DNA from: Candidatus Aldehydirespiratoraceae bacterium
GTDB taxonomy: Bacteria > Actinomycetota > Acidimicrobiia > Acidimicrobiales > Aldehydirespiratoraceae
Assembly (NCBI GenBank): GCA_965214565.1
Contig: OZ243951.1
Span: forward strand, 321,017-385,016
DNA: 64,000 bases
Reading direction: 5' to 3'
Part shown: positions 53,726 to 62,523 of the stretch, one piece after another
How positions within the stretch are numbered: the first letter of the stretch is position 1
Layout of the letters: every line of letters begins with the position of its first letter
Notes under the pieces: generated by a model
Seen by the model: the letters and a program-made list of their open reading frames with translations, nothing else
The model's database searches: none
Told to the model about the DNA's origin: nothing
Program-made: the position numbers and the translations under genes

Positions 53726-53947
53726 ATGCAGGGAGTCATCAAGAATTTCGACCCGGGCACCGGTGACGGGGTGTTGATCAACGAGGCGGACCTCAATGAG
53801 GTGGATCTGGCCGACGACGCCCTTGACGGTTCGGTCTTCCGCATGCTGCGTCAGGGCCAGCGTGTGCAGTTCGACCTCGACGGAACCGGCAGAGCGACGG
53901 CGCTGCGCCTCGGTTCAGAGGTTGACATGTCCACCCCCGACCTTTAG
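53726..53947 (+). CDS. hypothetical small OB-fold/cold-shock-domain-like protein
   Basis: MQGVIKNFDPGTGDGVL...RQGQRVQFDL is collinear with CspA (GTVKWFN..KGFGFI...EGQKVEF), but the RNP1/RNP2 aromatic residues are replaced. Confidence 0.5.
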   Translation: MQGVIKNFDPGTGDGVLINEADLNEVDLADDALDGSVFRMLRQGQRVQFDLDGTGRATALRLGSEVDMSTPDL

Positions 53948-54033
53948 AGGCCGAGCGGTTTGATCCCGCACACGCCCGCGACCGAGCGAGGCCGCGGCCC
54001 GAGCGGCCCAGTGAGCGCAGCGAACAAGAGCGG
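53941..54033 (+). repeat. dispersed ~90-bp repeat, copy B
   Basis: Starts at the stop codon of the preceding + strand gene. Aligns to the reverse complement of 37775-37863. Confidence 0.8.
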
Positions 54034-54108
54034 GAAGTGGAGCGCAGCGTCGAAGCGACCGGTGCGCCGCCGCCGGGGGCCCTTGAGCACCGCCGGCGGA
54101 CCTGCGGA

Positions 54109-55806
54109 CTACATCATCTCGGCAATGCCCAGCTCCGCGTAGCGCTGTTCGGCGTAGTTGGCCCGAAACATGTCGCGCAGCTTCAAGGCTGCTTCGTCGT
54201 ACGCCTCGGGGTCGTCCCAGGTGTCGCGTGGGTTGAGTATCTTGCCGTCCACGCCTTCGCACGCCGTCGGTGTCTTCAGTCCGAGAATCGGCTGGACCGT
54301 AAGCTCAGCGTCATCGAACTCGCCCTGCAGCGCGGCGTTGAGCAGTCGACGGGTGACCTTCAGCGACATCCGCCGACCGGTGCCGTAGGGGCCGCCGCTC
54401 CAACCGGTGTTCAACAGGACGCATCGGGAGTCGTGCTCCCCCATCCGCTGGGCCAGCAGGTCGGCATAGACGACGGGCTTCTGCGACATGAAGGCGGCGC
54501 CGAAGCATCCTGAGAACGAGGGAACGGGTTCGGTGACCCCCACTTCGGTCCCCGCCAGCTTCGAGGTGAAGCCCATGACGAAGTGGTACATCGCCTCGGT
54601 CGGGTCGAGGATGCAGACCGGTGGCAAGACTCCGAAGGCGTCGGCGGTGAGCAGGACAATCGTTTCTGGGTGGGGTCCGCTGGCTCCTGGGGCAACGTTG
54701 GGGTTGGCGCTCAACGGATAGGCGAACCGGGTGTTCTCGGTGATCGACCCATCGGTGAGGTCCAATTCCTGCGGATCGGTGTCGGAGAGGGGCTTTCCGG
54801 CGGTCTGCGGCACATTCTCGATCAGGGTGCCCTTCATCGACAGCGCGGCAGCGATGACCGGTTCGGCCTCTTTGTCCAGATTGATGAGTTTGGCGTAGCA
54901 GCCGTGCTCCAGGTTGGAGATGCCGCGATCGCTCCAGACGTGCTCGTCGTCGCCGATCAGTTGACGGTCGGGATCGGCCGACAATGTGGTCTTGCCCGTG
55001 CCCGAGAGCCCGAACAGCAGCGCAGTGTCTCCGGCCGCACCAACATTGGCCGAGGAGTGCATCGAGAGCTGGCCCTTGGACGGAAGCACGAAGTTCATGA
55101 TCGTGAACATGGCCTTCTTGTTGATGCCGCAGTAGTCGGCGGGCCCAAGCACCAGCGCGATCTCACGTTCGAGATCGATGATGACCGCCAGTTCGGTGCG
55201 CGTTCCGTCACGCTCCGGCTCACATGTGTACGACGGCACGTTCAGCACTGTCCAGCCTCGCTCTGCACGGTCGCTGTCGTCACGAACTTGGTGGGGCAGC
55301 ATGATGTTGCAGAAGTAGGCGTGTGTGGCGTATTCCCCCACGAACCGGCAGGGTTCGCTGGACGCGACGTCCGAACCGCAGAACAGGTCGGCCACATACA
55401 GGTGCCGGCCACTGGCATTGAGATGTTCGACCACGCGCCGCAGCAGGGCGTCGAAGGCGTCAGGGTCGAACTTGGCGAAGCCCTCCTTCCACCAGATCCG
55501 TTCGGTGATGCTCTCGCGGTTCACGCAGAATGTGTCGTTCACCGGACGGCCGGTGCATGCGGGATCGGTGTAGAAGACGAGCGGACCGTCTGCTCCCAAT
55601 GAGGTTGCGTATGCCTTTTGTGCATCGTTGGGACCGTCGAAGGAGATCCGGCCGCGATCATTGGCGATCGCTTCAGCAAACAGCTCGTCTTGTGACAGCC
55701 CGAAACGAAGTTCGGGAACGGACAGTCCCAAGGTCCGCTGAAGTTGGCTGGCCGCTTCTGCCGCAGTGCTCACTGGGGACTCCTCCTGAGTGGACCGGGC
55801 CTGCAA
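54109..55806 (-). CDS. pckA: phosphoenolpyruvate carboxykinase (ATP)
   Basis: ATP-type PEPCK kinase-1a motif LFGLSGTGKTTLS, followed by LIGDDEHVW. Confidence 0.94.
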   Translation of the reverse strand: MQARSTQEESPVSTAAEAASQLQRTLGLSVPELRFGLSQDELFAEAIANDRGRISFDGPNDAQKAYATSLGADGPLVFYTDPACTGRPVNDTFCVNRESITERIWWKEGFAKFDPDAFDALLRRVVEHLNASGRHLYVADLFCGSDVASSEPCRFVGEYATHAYFCNIMLPHQVRDDSDRAERGWTVLNVPSYTCEPERDGTRTELAVIIDLEREIALVLGPADYCGINKKAMFTIMNFVLPSKGQLSMHSSANVGAAGDTALLFGLSGTGKTTLSADPDRQLIGDDEHVWSDRGISNLEHGCYAKLINLDKEAEPVIAAALSMKGTLIENVPQTAGKPLSDTDPQELDLTDGSITENTRFAYPLSANPNVAPGASGPHPETIVLLTADAFGVLPPVCILDPTEAMYHFVMGFTSKLAGTEVGVTEPVPSFSGCFGAAFMSQKPVVYADLLAQRMGEHDSRCVLLNTGWSGGPYGTGRRMSLKVTRRLLNAALQGEFDDAELTVQPILGLKTPTACEGVDGKILNPRDTWDDPEAYDEAALKLRDMFRANYAEQRYAELGIAEMM

Positions 55807-55903
55807 CCTCCGATTTCAGTTGAGCAGTCCAGATCCAGCGATTACCCTAACTATTCGCTGGGCGGCGGTAGAAGTCGAGCCGAACTCTGAAATAGGAGAC
55901 CTT

Positions 55904-56140
55904 ATGCCTGTATGCGCCTACATCTTGATCCAAGCCAGTGTCGGCAACGCCGTTGACGTGGCCCACGCCACAGCGGAACTCGACGAGATCGTGTCAGCCG
56001 AGGTTGCGATGGGCCCATATGACGTGATCGCGCGGGCGGAGGCGTCTTCGATGGACGATCTCGGTCAGGTCGTGGTGCATGCAGTTCAAGGCATCGTCGG
56101 GGTGGAGCGCACGCTTCTGTGCCCCATTGTCAACGTCTGA
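55904..56140 (+). CDS. Lrp/AsnC ligand-binding (RAM) domain-only protein
   Basis: 78 aa: YILIQASVGN...VSAEVAMGPYDVIARAEASSMDDL fits the AsnC_trans_reg fold with no HTH domain. GGAGA SD upstream of the ATG. Confidence 0.7.
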   Translation: MPVCAYILIQASVGNAVDVAHATAELDEIVSAEVAMGPYDVIARAEASSMDDLGQVVVHAVQGIVGVERTLLCPIVNV

Positions 56141-56177
56141 CCGAACCGACGACCACGACACGGGTGGGCCGGCACAG

Positions 56178-56531
56178 TCAGACCAGAAGGACCGCTCGAA
56201 CCCCCAGACCCATCAACCACAGGCTTCCCAGGCCGTACAGCAGGTAGGGCCGGTCGCGCATCTCGTTGCGGTAAGCGAAGATGATCCCGACCGATGCGAA
56301 CGCTGCGAATCCGTACAGTTCATGCTGCCCACCGATGCCGTCGTCCTCCAGCTGGATCACAACCCCGGTCAGGACTTGGGCAACGATGATCGTCTGCGCA
56401 ACACCGACCGCGATCCATCCCAGTCGGCCGCGCAGCCGCTCATGGAGGTGGGCCGCCAGAGCCCAGATCCCGGCGGCGCCGTTGGCGGCGATGACCAACC
56501 AGCCGCCGATTTCGTGCAGGTCGTGGATCAC
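56178..56531 (-). CDS. hypothetical membrane protein (4 predicted TM segments)
   Basis: Hydrophobic 117-aa ORF with GC3-rich codons. No family recognised. Confidence 0.55.
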   Translation of the reverse strand: MIHDLHEIGGWLVIAANGAAGIWALAAHLHERLRGRLGWIAVGVAQTIIVAQVLTGVVIQLEDDGIGGQHELYGFAAFASVGIIFAYRNEMRDRPYLLYGLGSLWLMGLGVRAVLLV

Positions 56532-56537
56532 ACCGAT

Positions 56538-57680
56538 TCAGGCGACGGCTCCCGCCGAACGCAGTTCTGCGACCTCGTCGAGGTCGAATCCGCACTCGGC
56601 GAGCACCTCGTCGCTGTGCTGACCTGCATGGGGCGGGGGTCGCACGATCTCTCCGTCGGTGCGGTTGAAGCGGGGGGCAGGACGGGGCTGGACGACTCCG
56701 GCGACTTCGGTGAAGGTTCCGCGCGCCATGTTGTGCGAGTGGCTCGGCGCTTCACTCATCGTCAGCACCGGGGCGAAGCACACGTCCGAGCCTTCGATCA
56801 GTTCACACCATTCGTCGCGGGTGCGGGTCTTGAAGATCTCGGCGAGTTCGGCTTTGAGCGCGGGCCACTGACGCTTGTCGTTCTGAGCGTCCCATTTGGG
56901 ATCGTCGAGTTGCAGCTTCTCACGCAACTCGGCGTAGAACTGGCGTTCGATCGAACCGACGGAGACGTATTTCCCGTCAGCGCACTCATACACGTCGTAG
57001 TAGTGAGCGCCGGTGTCGATCATGTTGGTGCCGCGTTGCTCGTCCCAGATTCCCATCGCCCGCAGCCCGTAGAAGAAGGTCGCCAGCGAGGCTGCCCCGT
57101 CGACCATCGCGGCGTCCACAACCTGGCCGGTCCCCGAGGTTCTGGCTTCGAGGACCGCGCAGACGATTCCGAAGGCCAGATACGCGCCCCCGCCCCCGAA
57201 GTCTCCGACAAGGTTGAGTGGGGGCACCGGGCCGCTGTCGACCCGGCCAATGGCGTCCAGCGTGCCCGACAGCGCCAAATAGTTGATGTCGTGGCCCGCG
57301 GTCGGCGCGTAGGGGCCACTCTGGCCCCAGCCCGTCATCCGGCCGTAGACCAGTGCGGGGTTGCGGGCGAGGCACTCGTCGGGTCCGATGCCGAGGCGTT
57401 CGGCCACACCGGGTCTGAATCCCTCTATCAGGGCATCGCTGGAGGCGACGAGGCGCATCACCACGTCGATGCCGTCGCTTGATTTGAGGTCGACCCCGAT
57501 TGAGCGGCGCCCGCGGTTCATGACGTCTGCGGGTGGTTGCGCGGGGTCGCCGCCGCGAACCCGGTCCGCCCTGTCGACGCGGACTACATCCGCCCCCATG
57601 TCGGCCAGCATCATGGCGCAGAACGGGCCGGGTCCGATCCCTGCGATCTCAACGATTCTCAAGCCTTCGAGCGGTCCCAT
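56538..57680 (-). CDS. CaiB/BaiF family CoA-transferase (alpha-methylacyl-CoA racemase-like)
   Basis: GPLEGLRIVEIAGIGPGPFCAMMLADMGADVVRVDR N-terminus is typical of family III CoA transferases and Mcr. Confidence 0.9.
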   Translation of the reverse strand: MGPLEGLRIVEIAGIGPGPFCAMMLADMGADVVRVDRADRVRGGDPAQPPADVMNRGRRSIGVDLKSSDGIDVVMRLVASSDALIEGFRPGVAERLGIGPDECLARNPALVYGRMTGWGQSGPYAPTAGHDINYLALSGTLDAIGRVDSGPVPPLNLVGDFGGGGAYLAFGIVCAVLEARTSGTGQVVDAAMVDGAASLATFFYGLRAMGIWDEQRGTNMIDTGAHYYDVYECADGKYVSVGSIERQFYAELREKLQLDDPKWDAQNDKRQWPALKAELAEIFKTRTRDEWCELIEGSDVCFAPVLTMSEAPSHSHNMARGTFTEVAGVVQPRPAPRFNRTDGEIVRPPPHAGQHSDEVLAECGFDLDEVAELRSAGAVA

Positions 57681-57751
57681 CAGTTGCTTCTCCCCTGTCG
57701 AGTGCCTGGCTCGGACCCTAGCTTCCCCGAGGCCGAGCGGAAGACAGCCGT

Positions 57752-58588
57752 TCAGCTGAAAGTACGGGCCGCGAGCGCGGTGACGGCTTCGACCACTGCT
57801 GGCCAGGCTTGCGGGACGAAATCGTGTGACATCTCCTCGATCAGCAGATACTCGGCGTCACCGATGAGCTCCGCAGTCCGTGCGCCTCCCGACGGATCTA
57901 TCAGCGTGTCCAAAGCGCCATGAATAACGAGTGCGGGCACGGCCAACGCAGACAGACCGGCGACGCGGTCACCGCTGCGCATGATGGCGTTGATCTGCCG
58001 TTGCGCCGCGCCGGGATTCCATGCCCGCTGATATCCCGCTGCGAGGTTGGCCCGCAGCGTGTCTGGGTCGAACCATTCCGGGTTGGACCAGATTCGGCTT
58101 GCCTTCACATCAGCTTCGATCTGGGCCTCGATGGATTCTTCGGGAGGCGCGGTGAGAACGTCCCAGGCGTCGAGTGTGGGGTTGCCGACGTCAGGCTCGC
58201 CGGTAGTCGACATGATCGACACCAGCGCTCGGGTCCGCTCTGGATGTCGAATCGCGGTGACTTGGGCGATCATCCCTCCCATCGACACTCCCAGGACCAC
58301 TGCTTGGTCGACCTGGGCGTGGTCCAGCACTGCGATTACGTCGTCAGCCATATCATCGAGCGTGTAGCTGTCATCATCGCTGCTCATCGACGACAGCCCG
58401 GCATCGCGGTTGTCGAATCTGATCACGTAGAAACCGCGGTCGACGAACGCCTGACACAACTCGACTGGGTAAGACAGCAGTTGGCTGCCAAGTCCCGAGA
58501 TGCAGATCAAGGCCGGATCGTCTGCTGATCCGAACGTTTCGTATTCGATTTCGATGGTTCCGTTGGTTCGGTTGATGGCGCGCGGCAT
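57752..58588 (-). CDS. alpha/beta hydrolase
   Basis: Nucleophile elbow GVSMGG and C-terminal His (EEMSHD). The ATG at 58588 is preferred. The ATG at 58669 would add a MPEQLGPEQLGPEQLG repeat leader. Confidence 0.8.
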   Translation of the reverse strand: MPRAINRTNGTIEIEYETFGSADDPALICISGLGSQLLSYPVELCQAFVDRGFYVIRFDNRDAGLSSMSSDDDSYTLDDMADDVIAVLDHAQVDQAVVLGVSMGGMIAQVTAIRHPERTRALVSIMSTTGEPDVGNPTLDAWDVLTAPPEESIEAQIEADVKASRIWSNPEWFDPDTLRANLAAGYQRAWNPGAAQRQINAIMRSGDRVAGLSALAVPALVIHGALDTLIDPSGGARTAELIGDAEYLLIEEMSHDFVPQAWPAVVEAVTALAARTFS

Positions 58589-58622
58589 GGCCGACAAGCA
58601 TGCCCGACAACAGCGCGCTCTG

Positions 58623-58667
58623 CCCAGTTGTTCTGGGCCCAGTTGTTCTGGGCCCAGTTGTTCTGGC
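58623..58667. repeat. 15-bp tandem repeat x3
   Basis: The unit cccagttgttctggg is repeated three times (the last copy ends in c), in the divergent region between the hydrolase and the thiamine operon. Confidence 0.9.
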
Positions 58668-58699
58668 ATCCCGTCCTGCCGGCGTTCGGGTTACACTCG

Positions 58700-58806
58700 A
58701 TCGCACATACGAATCCGGGGAGCTCGGGGCAGCCGGGCTGAGAGGTCGACCATCAGCGTCGGCGACCCGCAAGAACCTGATCTGGATAATGCCAGCGGAG
58801 GAAACC
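58700..58806 (+). promoter_or_regulatory. TPP (THI-box) riboswitch
   Basis: ggggagc...gggCTGAGAgg...ACCCgcaagAACCTGATCTGGATAATGCCAGCGgagg matches the THI-box consensus. The 3' flank contains the GGAGGA SD of the downstream gene. Confidence 0.9.
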
Positions 58807-59949
58807 ATGACTCGACCGAACTCTCCCAAAGGCCTTACGACCGGCGTCATCGGCCTCATTGCCGTGGTCGGCCTGTTCGTCGCGGCCTGCGGAAACGACG
58901 ACAACGACCGCGGACCCGACACCCCGACCGACGCTGGTTCAGCAACTGAAAGCGCGACGGCTTCAACATATCCCGCGACCGGTGGCGCCAAACCCCCCGC
59001 GGACACCTCGGGAATCACCCTGCTCACCCACGATTCGTTCGCTCTCTCCGACGAGACCCTTGCCGCCTTCACCAGCCGGACTGGCATTGAGGTGACACTC
59101 CTGCAAGCCGGCGACACCGGCCAGATGATCAGCGAAGCGATCCTCACCGCAGGCAATCCACTCGGCGACGTGATGTTCGGGGTCGACAACACCTTCCTGG
59201 CCCGGGCCCTCAACGCCGAACTGTTCGAACCGTACGAGTCGCCGAACCTCGCCGACGTACCCGACGAGTTCAAGCTGGATCCCCAGCACCGGGTCACGCC
59301 CATCGACTACGGCGACGTCTGTGTCAACTATTGGACCGATGCGCTGCCGACCGACCCCCCTACAACCCTTGAGGATCTGACCGCTCCGACCTTCGCCGAT
59401 CAGCTTGTGGTGCAGAATCCCGAGACCTCCTCGCCCGGTCTGGCATTCCTGTTGGCCACGATCGCCGGTACCGACGACTGGGAGCAGTTCTGGGCTGATC
59501 TCACCGACAACGGGGTTGCGGTCACTGCCGGCTGGGAAGACGCCTACTACGGCGACTTCATCGCTGGGGGAGGTGACCGCTCGATGGTCGTCTCATATGC
59601 TTCCAGCCCACCTGCCGAGGTGATCTTTGCCGATCCGCCGGTCGACACCGCGCCGACCGAGGTGCTGCTTGACTCCTGTTTCCGCCAGATCGAGTTCGCG
59701 GGCGTGCTCGCCGGCACCGACCACCCTGTCGAGGCTCGAGCACTGATCGACTTCATGCTCACGCCCACATTCCAGAACGACGTGCCGCTCAACATGTTCG
59801 TGTTCCCCGTGGCCGACAGTGCAACGCTGCCCCAGGTCTTCGTGGACCACGCACAGACCGCCGAGGAGCCGCTGTTCATCGACCCGGCCGAGATCGAGGC
59901 TCACCGCGATGAATGGACGGACCGGTGGGTCGAGATAGTTCTCGGATAG
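58807..59949 (+). CDS. thiB: thiamine ABC transporter substrate-binding lipoprotein
   Basis: Signal peptide plus lipobox (LFVAACG). Periplasmic-binding fold of the TbpA/iron type. Preceded by the TPP riboswitch. Confidence 0.85.
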   Translation: MTRPNSPKGLTTGVIGLIAVVGLFVAACGNDDNDRGPDTPTDAGSATESATASTYPATGGAKPPADTSGITLLTHDSFALSDETLAAFTSRTGIEVTLLQAGDTGQMISEAILTAGNPLGDVMFGVDNTFLARALNAELFEPYESPNLADVPDEFKLDPQHRVTPIDYGDVCVNYWTDALPTDPPTTLEDLTAPTFADQLVVQNPETSSPGLAFLLATIAGTDDWEQFWADLTDNGVAVTAGWEDAYYGDFIAGGGDRSMVVSYASSPPAEVIFADPPVDTAPTEVLLDSCFRQIEFAGVLAGTDHPVEARALIDFMLTPTFQNDVPLNMFVFPVADSATLPQVFVDHAQTAEEPLFIDPAEIEAHRDEWTDRWVEIVLG

Positions 59950-61568
59950 TACGGTTCGCCGGCCGCTGGGCGGCGGTCGCTGTTCCCGCTGCCTTCCTGG
60001 CAGTGTTCTTCGTCTATCCGGCGGGAGCGATCCTGTGGCGCGGTCTCTTCTCGGAGGGGTTCGACCCCATATCGGATCTGTTCGCTTCGTCGCGCACCCG
60101 TGGAGTGTTGTGGTTCACCGTGTGGCAGGCGCTCGCTTCAACGGCGATCACTCTGATGGCCGCCCTGCCGGCGGCCGCTGTGGTCACACGTCTGCGGGGT
60201 CGCTACCGGCACTTGGTCAGGGGGCTGGTCACGGTGCCTTTTGTGTTGCCGACGGTGGTCGTCGCCGGCGCTTTCGAAGGGGTCTTTGAGCGGTTCGGGC
60301 TCGAGGCCGGGGGTTTCCGTCTGCGTCACACGGTGTGGGCGATCCTGCTCGCGCATGTGTTCTTCAATTATGCGGTCGTGGTGCGTATCGTCGGATCGTT
60401 CTGGAGCGGCCTCGATCATCGCGTCGAGGAGCAGGCGCGGGTGCTCGGGGCGGGTCCGCTCCAGGCCTTCTGGTCTGTGACCTTGCCGCGGTTGCGGCCT
60501 GCGATCGCTTCGGCTTGCGCGATCGTCTTCCTCTTCTCGTTCACCTCCTTCGGGGTGGTCCTGCTGCTCGGAGGGCCGCGTCGGGCGACTCTGGAAACGG
60601 AGATCTATCGCCAGGCGGTGACTCGAGGCGACCTGCGCTCAGCGGCTGGGTTGGCGCTTGTGCAACTCCTTGCGGTGTTGGCGCTGATCGCGGTGGCGAC
60701 CCGGCTCGAGCGTCGCCGACCGGCACCTACGGGAGTGGCCCACAGTCCTCCCAAGCCGCTGAGCCGCAGTTTCGTCTGGGCCAACTTTGCGGTGATGGCG
60801 GTGCTGCTCGGATCTCCGGTCGCGATCCTCGTGGAACGGTCCCTTTCCGTGGGAGACGGTTACGGTCTGGACCACTATCGAGCGCTCACTGAACGTGTTC
60901 CGCAACTTCCCGCAACGGCTGCGACTGCGCTGGGCAATTCACTGGTGTTCGCAACCGCGGCAACGGCGTTGGCCCTGGTTGTGGGCACGTTGGCCGCGTT
61001 GGTGGTGGTGCACGGGCGCTCCGGTCTACGACGCGTCTTTGATCTGGGTCTGACCCTCCCCCTCGGCACTTCAGCGGTGACGATCGGTTTCGGGATCCTC
61101 ATTGCGCTGGACGAACCGCCGCTTGATCTGCGGACCTCGTGGTGGATAGTCCCGATCGCCCACGCTCTGGTCGGCACTCCCTTCGTGGTGCGCACGATGG
61201 TTCCCGTGCTGCGCAGGATCGACCCTCAGATCCGCGAGGCAGCGGCGGTGCTGGGGGCATCGCCGGGGCGGGTGCGACGCCTGATTGATCTGCCGATCGC
61301 CGGTCGCGGGATGCTGGTTGGCGCCGGGTTCGCCTTCGCGGTGTCTCTCGGCGAGTTCGGGGCGACTTCGTTTCTGCCTCGCCAGCCTGAGACTCTCACT
61401 GCTCCGTTGGCGTTGTACAGGCTGTTGTCGACTCCTGGTGAGTTGTTGCGGGGCCAGGCGATGGCACTGGCGGTTGTGCTGATGGTAATCGTGGCTCTGG
61501 CGGTGGTGGCGATCGAGGCGTCGCGCGGATCCGAACGGGGCGCCGATGCGGTCTGGGAGTCACTGTGA
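59913..61568 (+). CDS. thiP: thiamine/iron-type ABC transporter permease (duplicated 2 x 6 TM)
   Basis: Two BPD_transp_1 halves, each with an EAA-like loop (EEQARVLGAGP / REAAAVLGASP). Confidence 0.85.
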   Translation: MDGPVGRDSSRIVRFAGRWAAVAVPAAFLAVFFVYPAGAILWRGLFSEGFDPISDLFASSRTRGVLWFTVWQALASTAITLMAALPAAAVVTRLRGRYRHLVRGLVTVPFVLPTVVVAGAFEGVFERFGLEAGGFRLRHTVWAILLAHVFFNYAVVVRIVGSFWSGLDHRVEEQARVLGAGPLQAFWSVTLPRLRPAIASACAIVFLFSFTSFGVVLLLGGPRRATLETEIYRQAVTRGDLRSAAGLALVQLLAVLALIAVATRLERRRPAPTGVAHSPPKPLSRSFVWANFAVMAVLLGSPVAILVERSLSVGDGYGLDHYRALTERVPQLPATAATALGNSLVFATAATALALVVGTLAALVVVHGRSGLRRVFDLGLTLPLGTSAVTIGFGILIALDEPPLDLRTSWWIVPIAHALVGTPFVVRTMVPVLRRIDPQIREAAAVLGASPGRVRRLIDLPIAGRGMLVGAGFAFAVSLGEFGATSFLPRQPETLTAPLALYRLLSTPGELLRGQAMALAVVLMVIVALAVVAIEASRGSERGADAVWESL

Positions 61569-61581
61569 TCTGGGAGACACT

Positions 61582-62523
61582 GTGATCTGGGAGCTGGATT
61601 CGGTGTCGGTGCGTTTCGGGGAGGTTCAGGCTGTCGAGGACGCCTCCCTTGAGATCTCCAGCGGCGAACTGGTCGTGATTCTCGGCCCCAGCGGGTGCGG
61701 CAAGTCGACAATGTTGCGCGTGACCGCCGGACTTCAGGCTCCCGACTCGGGCCGGGTGCTGATCGACGGCAGCGATGCAGCAGCGCTGCTGCCGCATCAA
61801 CGGAGCATCGGGCTGATGTTCCAACAACACACCCTGTTCCCTCACTACGACGTGGCGGGGAATGTCGAGTTCGGTCTGCGGATGGCCGGTCTGGGGTCGA
61901 GCCGACGCCACAGCCGGGTCAGTGAGCTGCTGGCGTTGGTGGGACTCGCCGGTTTCGAGGCCCGAGACGTGGCGACACTGTCGGGAGGTGAGGCACAGCG
62001 GGTAGCGCTGGCGAGGTCTCTGGCCCCGAATCCGTCTCTGCTACTGCTCGACGAGCCGTTCGGTTCGCTCGACCGCAGTCTGCGCGACCGCCTGACCGAT
62101 GAGTTGCCCGGGGTCCTGTCGGAAGCGGGAACGACCGCGGTCCATGTGACCCACGACCACGACGAGGCTTTCAGCCTCGCCGACCGGCTCGTGGTGATGG
62201 ACCAGGGGCGGATCCTCCGCGTGGGGCCCCCCGACGAGGTGTGGGCTGATCCCCGCACCCTCGCGGTCGCGGAGTTCCTGGGTCATACCAACATCGTGAC
62301 CCGCGGCTCGCATCGGGAGGTGATCCGCCGTGATGCGGCCACCGTCGCCGCGGACGGTGAGCTCGAAGGCACCGTGGTCGCGTCGCGTTTTCGGGGCGAC
62401 CATCACGATCTGATCGTCGCCACTGCGAAGGGCAGGCTCCGCTTCCGGGTGGACGACGCGCGGGCCGCCGGTGAGTGTGTGCGTCTGAGGATCGACCCGA
62501 ACCGCGTCGCCCGCCTCAGCTGA
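61582..62523 (+). CDS. thiQ: ABC transporter ATP-binding protein
   Basis: Walker A GPSGCGKST, signature LSGGEAQR, Walker B LLLLDEP. GTG at 61582; an in-frame ATG at 61546 would overlap thiP. Confidence 0.88.
   Translation: MIWELDSVSVRFGEVQAVEDASLEISSGELVVILGPSGCGKSTMLRVTAGLQAPDSGRVLIDGSDAAALLPHQRSIGLMFQQHTLFPHYDVAGNVEFGLRMAGLGSSRRHSRVSELLALVGLAGFEARDVATLSGGEAQRVALARSLAPNPSLLLLDEPFGSLDRSLRDRLTDELPGVLSEAGTTAVHVTHDHDEAFSLADRLVVMDQGRILRVGPPDEVWADPRTLAVAEFLGHTNIVTRGSHREVIRRDAATVAADGELEGTVVASRFRGDHHDLIVATAKGRLRFRVDDARAAGECVRLRIDPNRVARLS

Noticed and set aside
37775-54033. Composite transposon or invertible 16-kb segment bounded by the inverted ~90-bp repeats
   Set aside because: The interval contains essential, syntenically conserved genes (smc, rnc, plsX, rpmF, coaD, recG) and no transposase or recombinase. 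The repeats are short and diverged.
56079-57482. 467-aa ORF on the plus strand
   Set aside because: It is antisense to the membrane protein and the family III CoA-transferase. It has low-complexity composition and no recognisable domain.
58374-59303. 309-aa ORF on the minus strand spanning the riboswitch
   Set aside because: It overlaps the hydrolase 5' end, the TPP riboswitch and thiB in antisense. It has S/R/P-rich composition.
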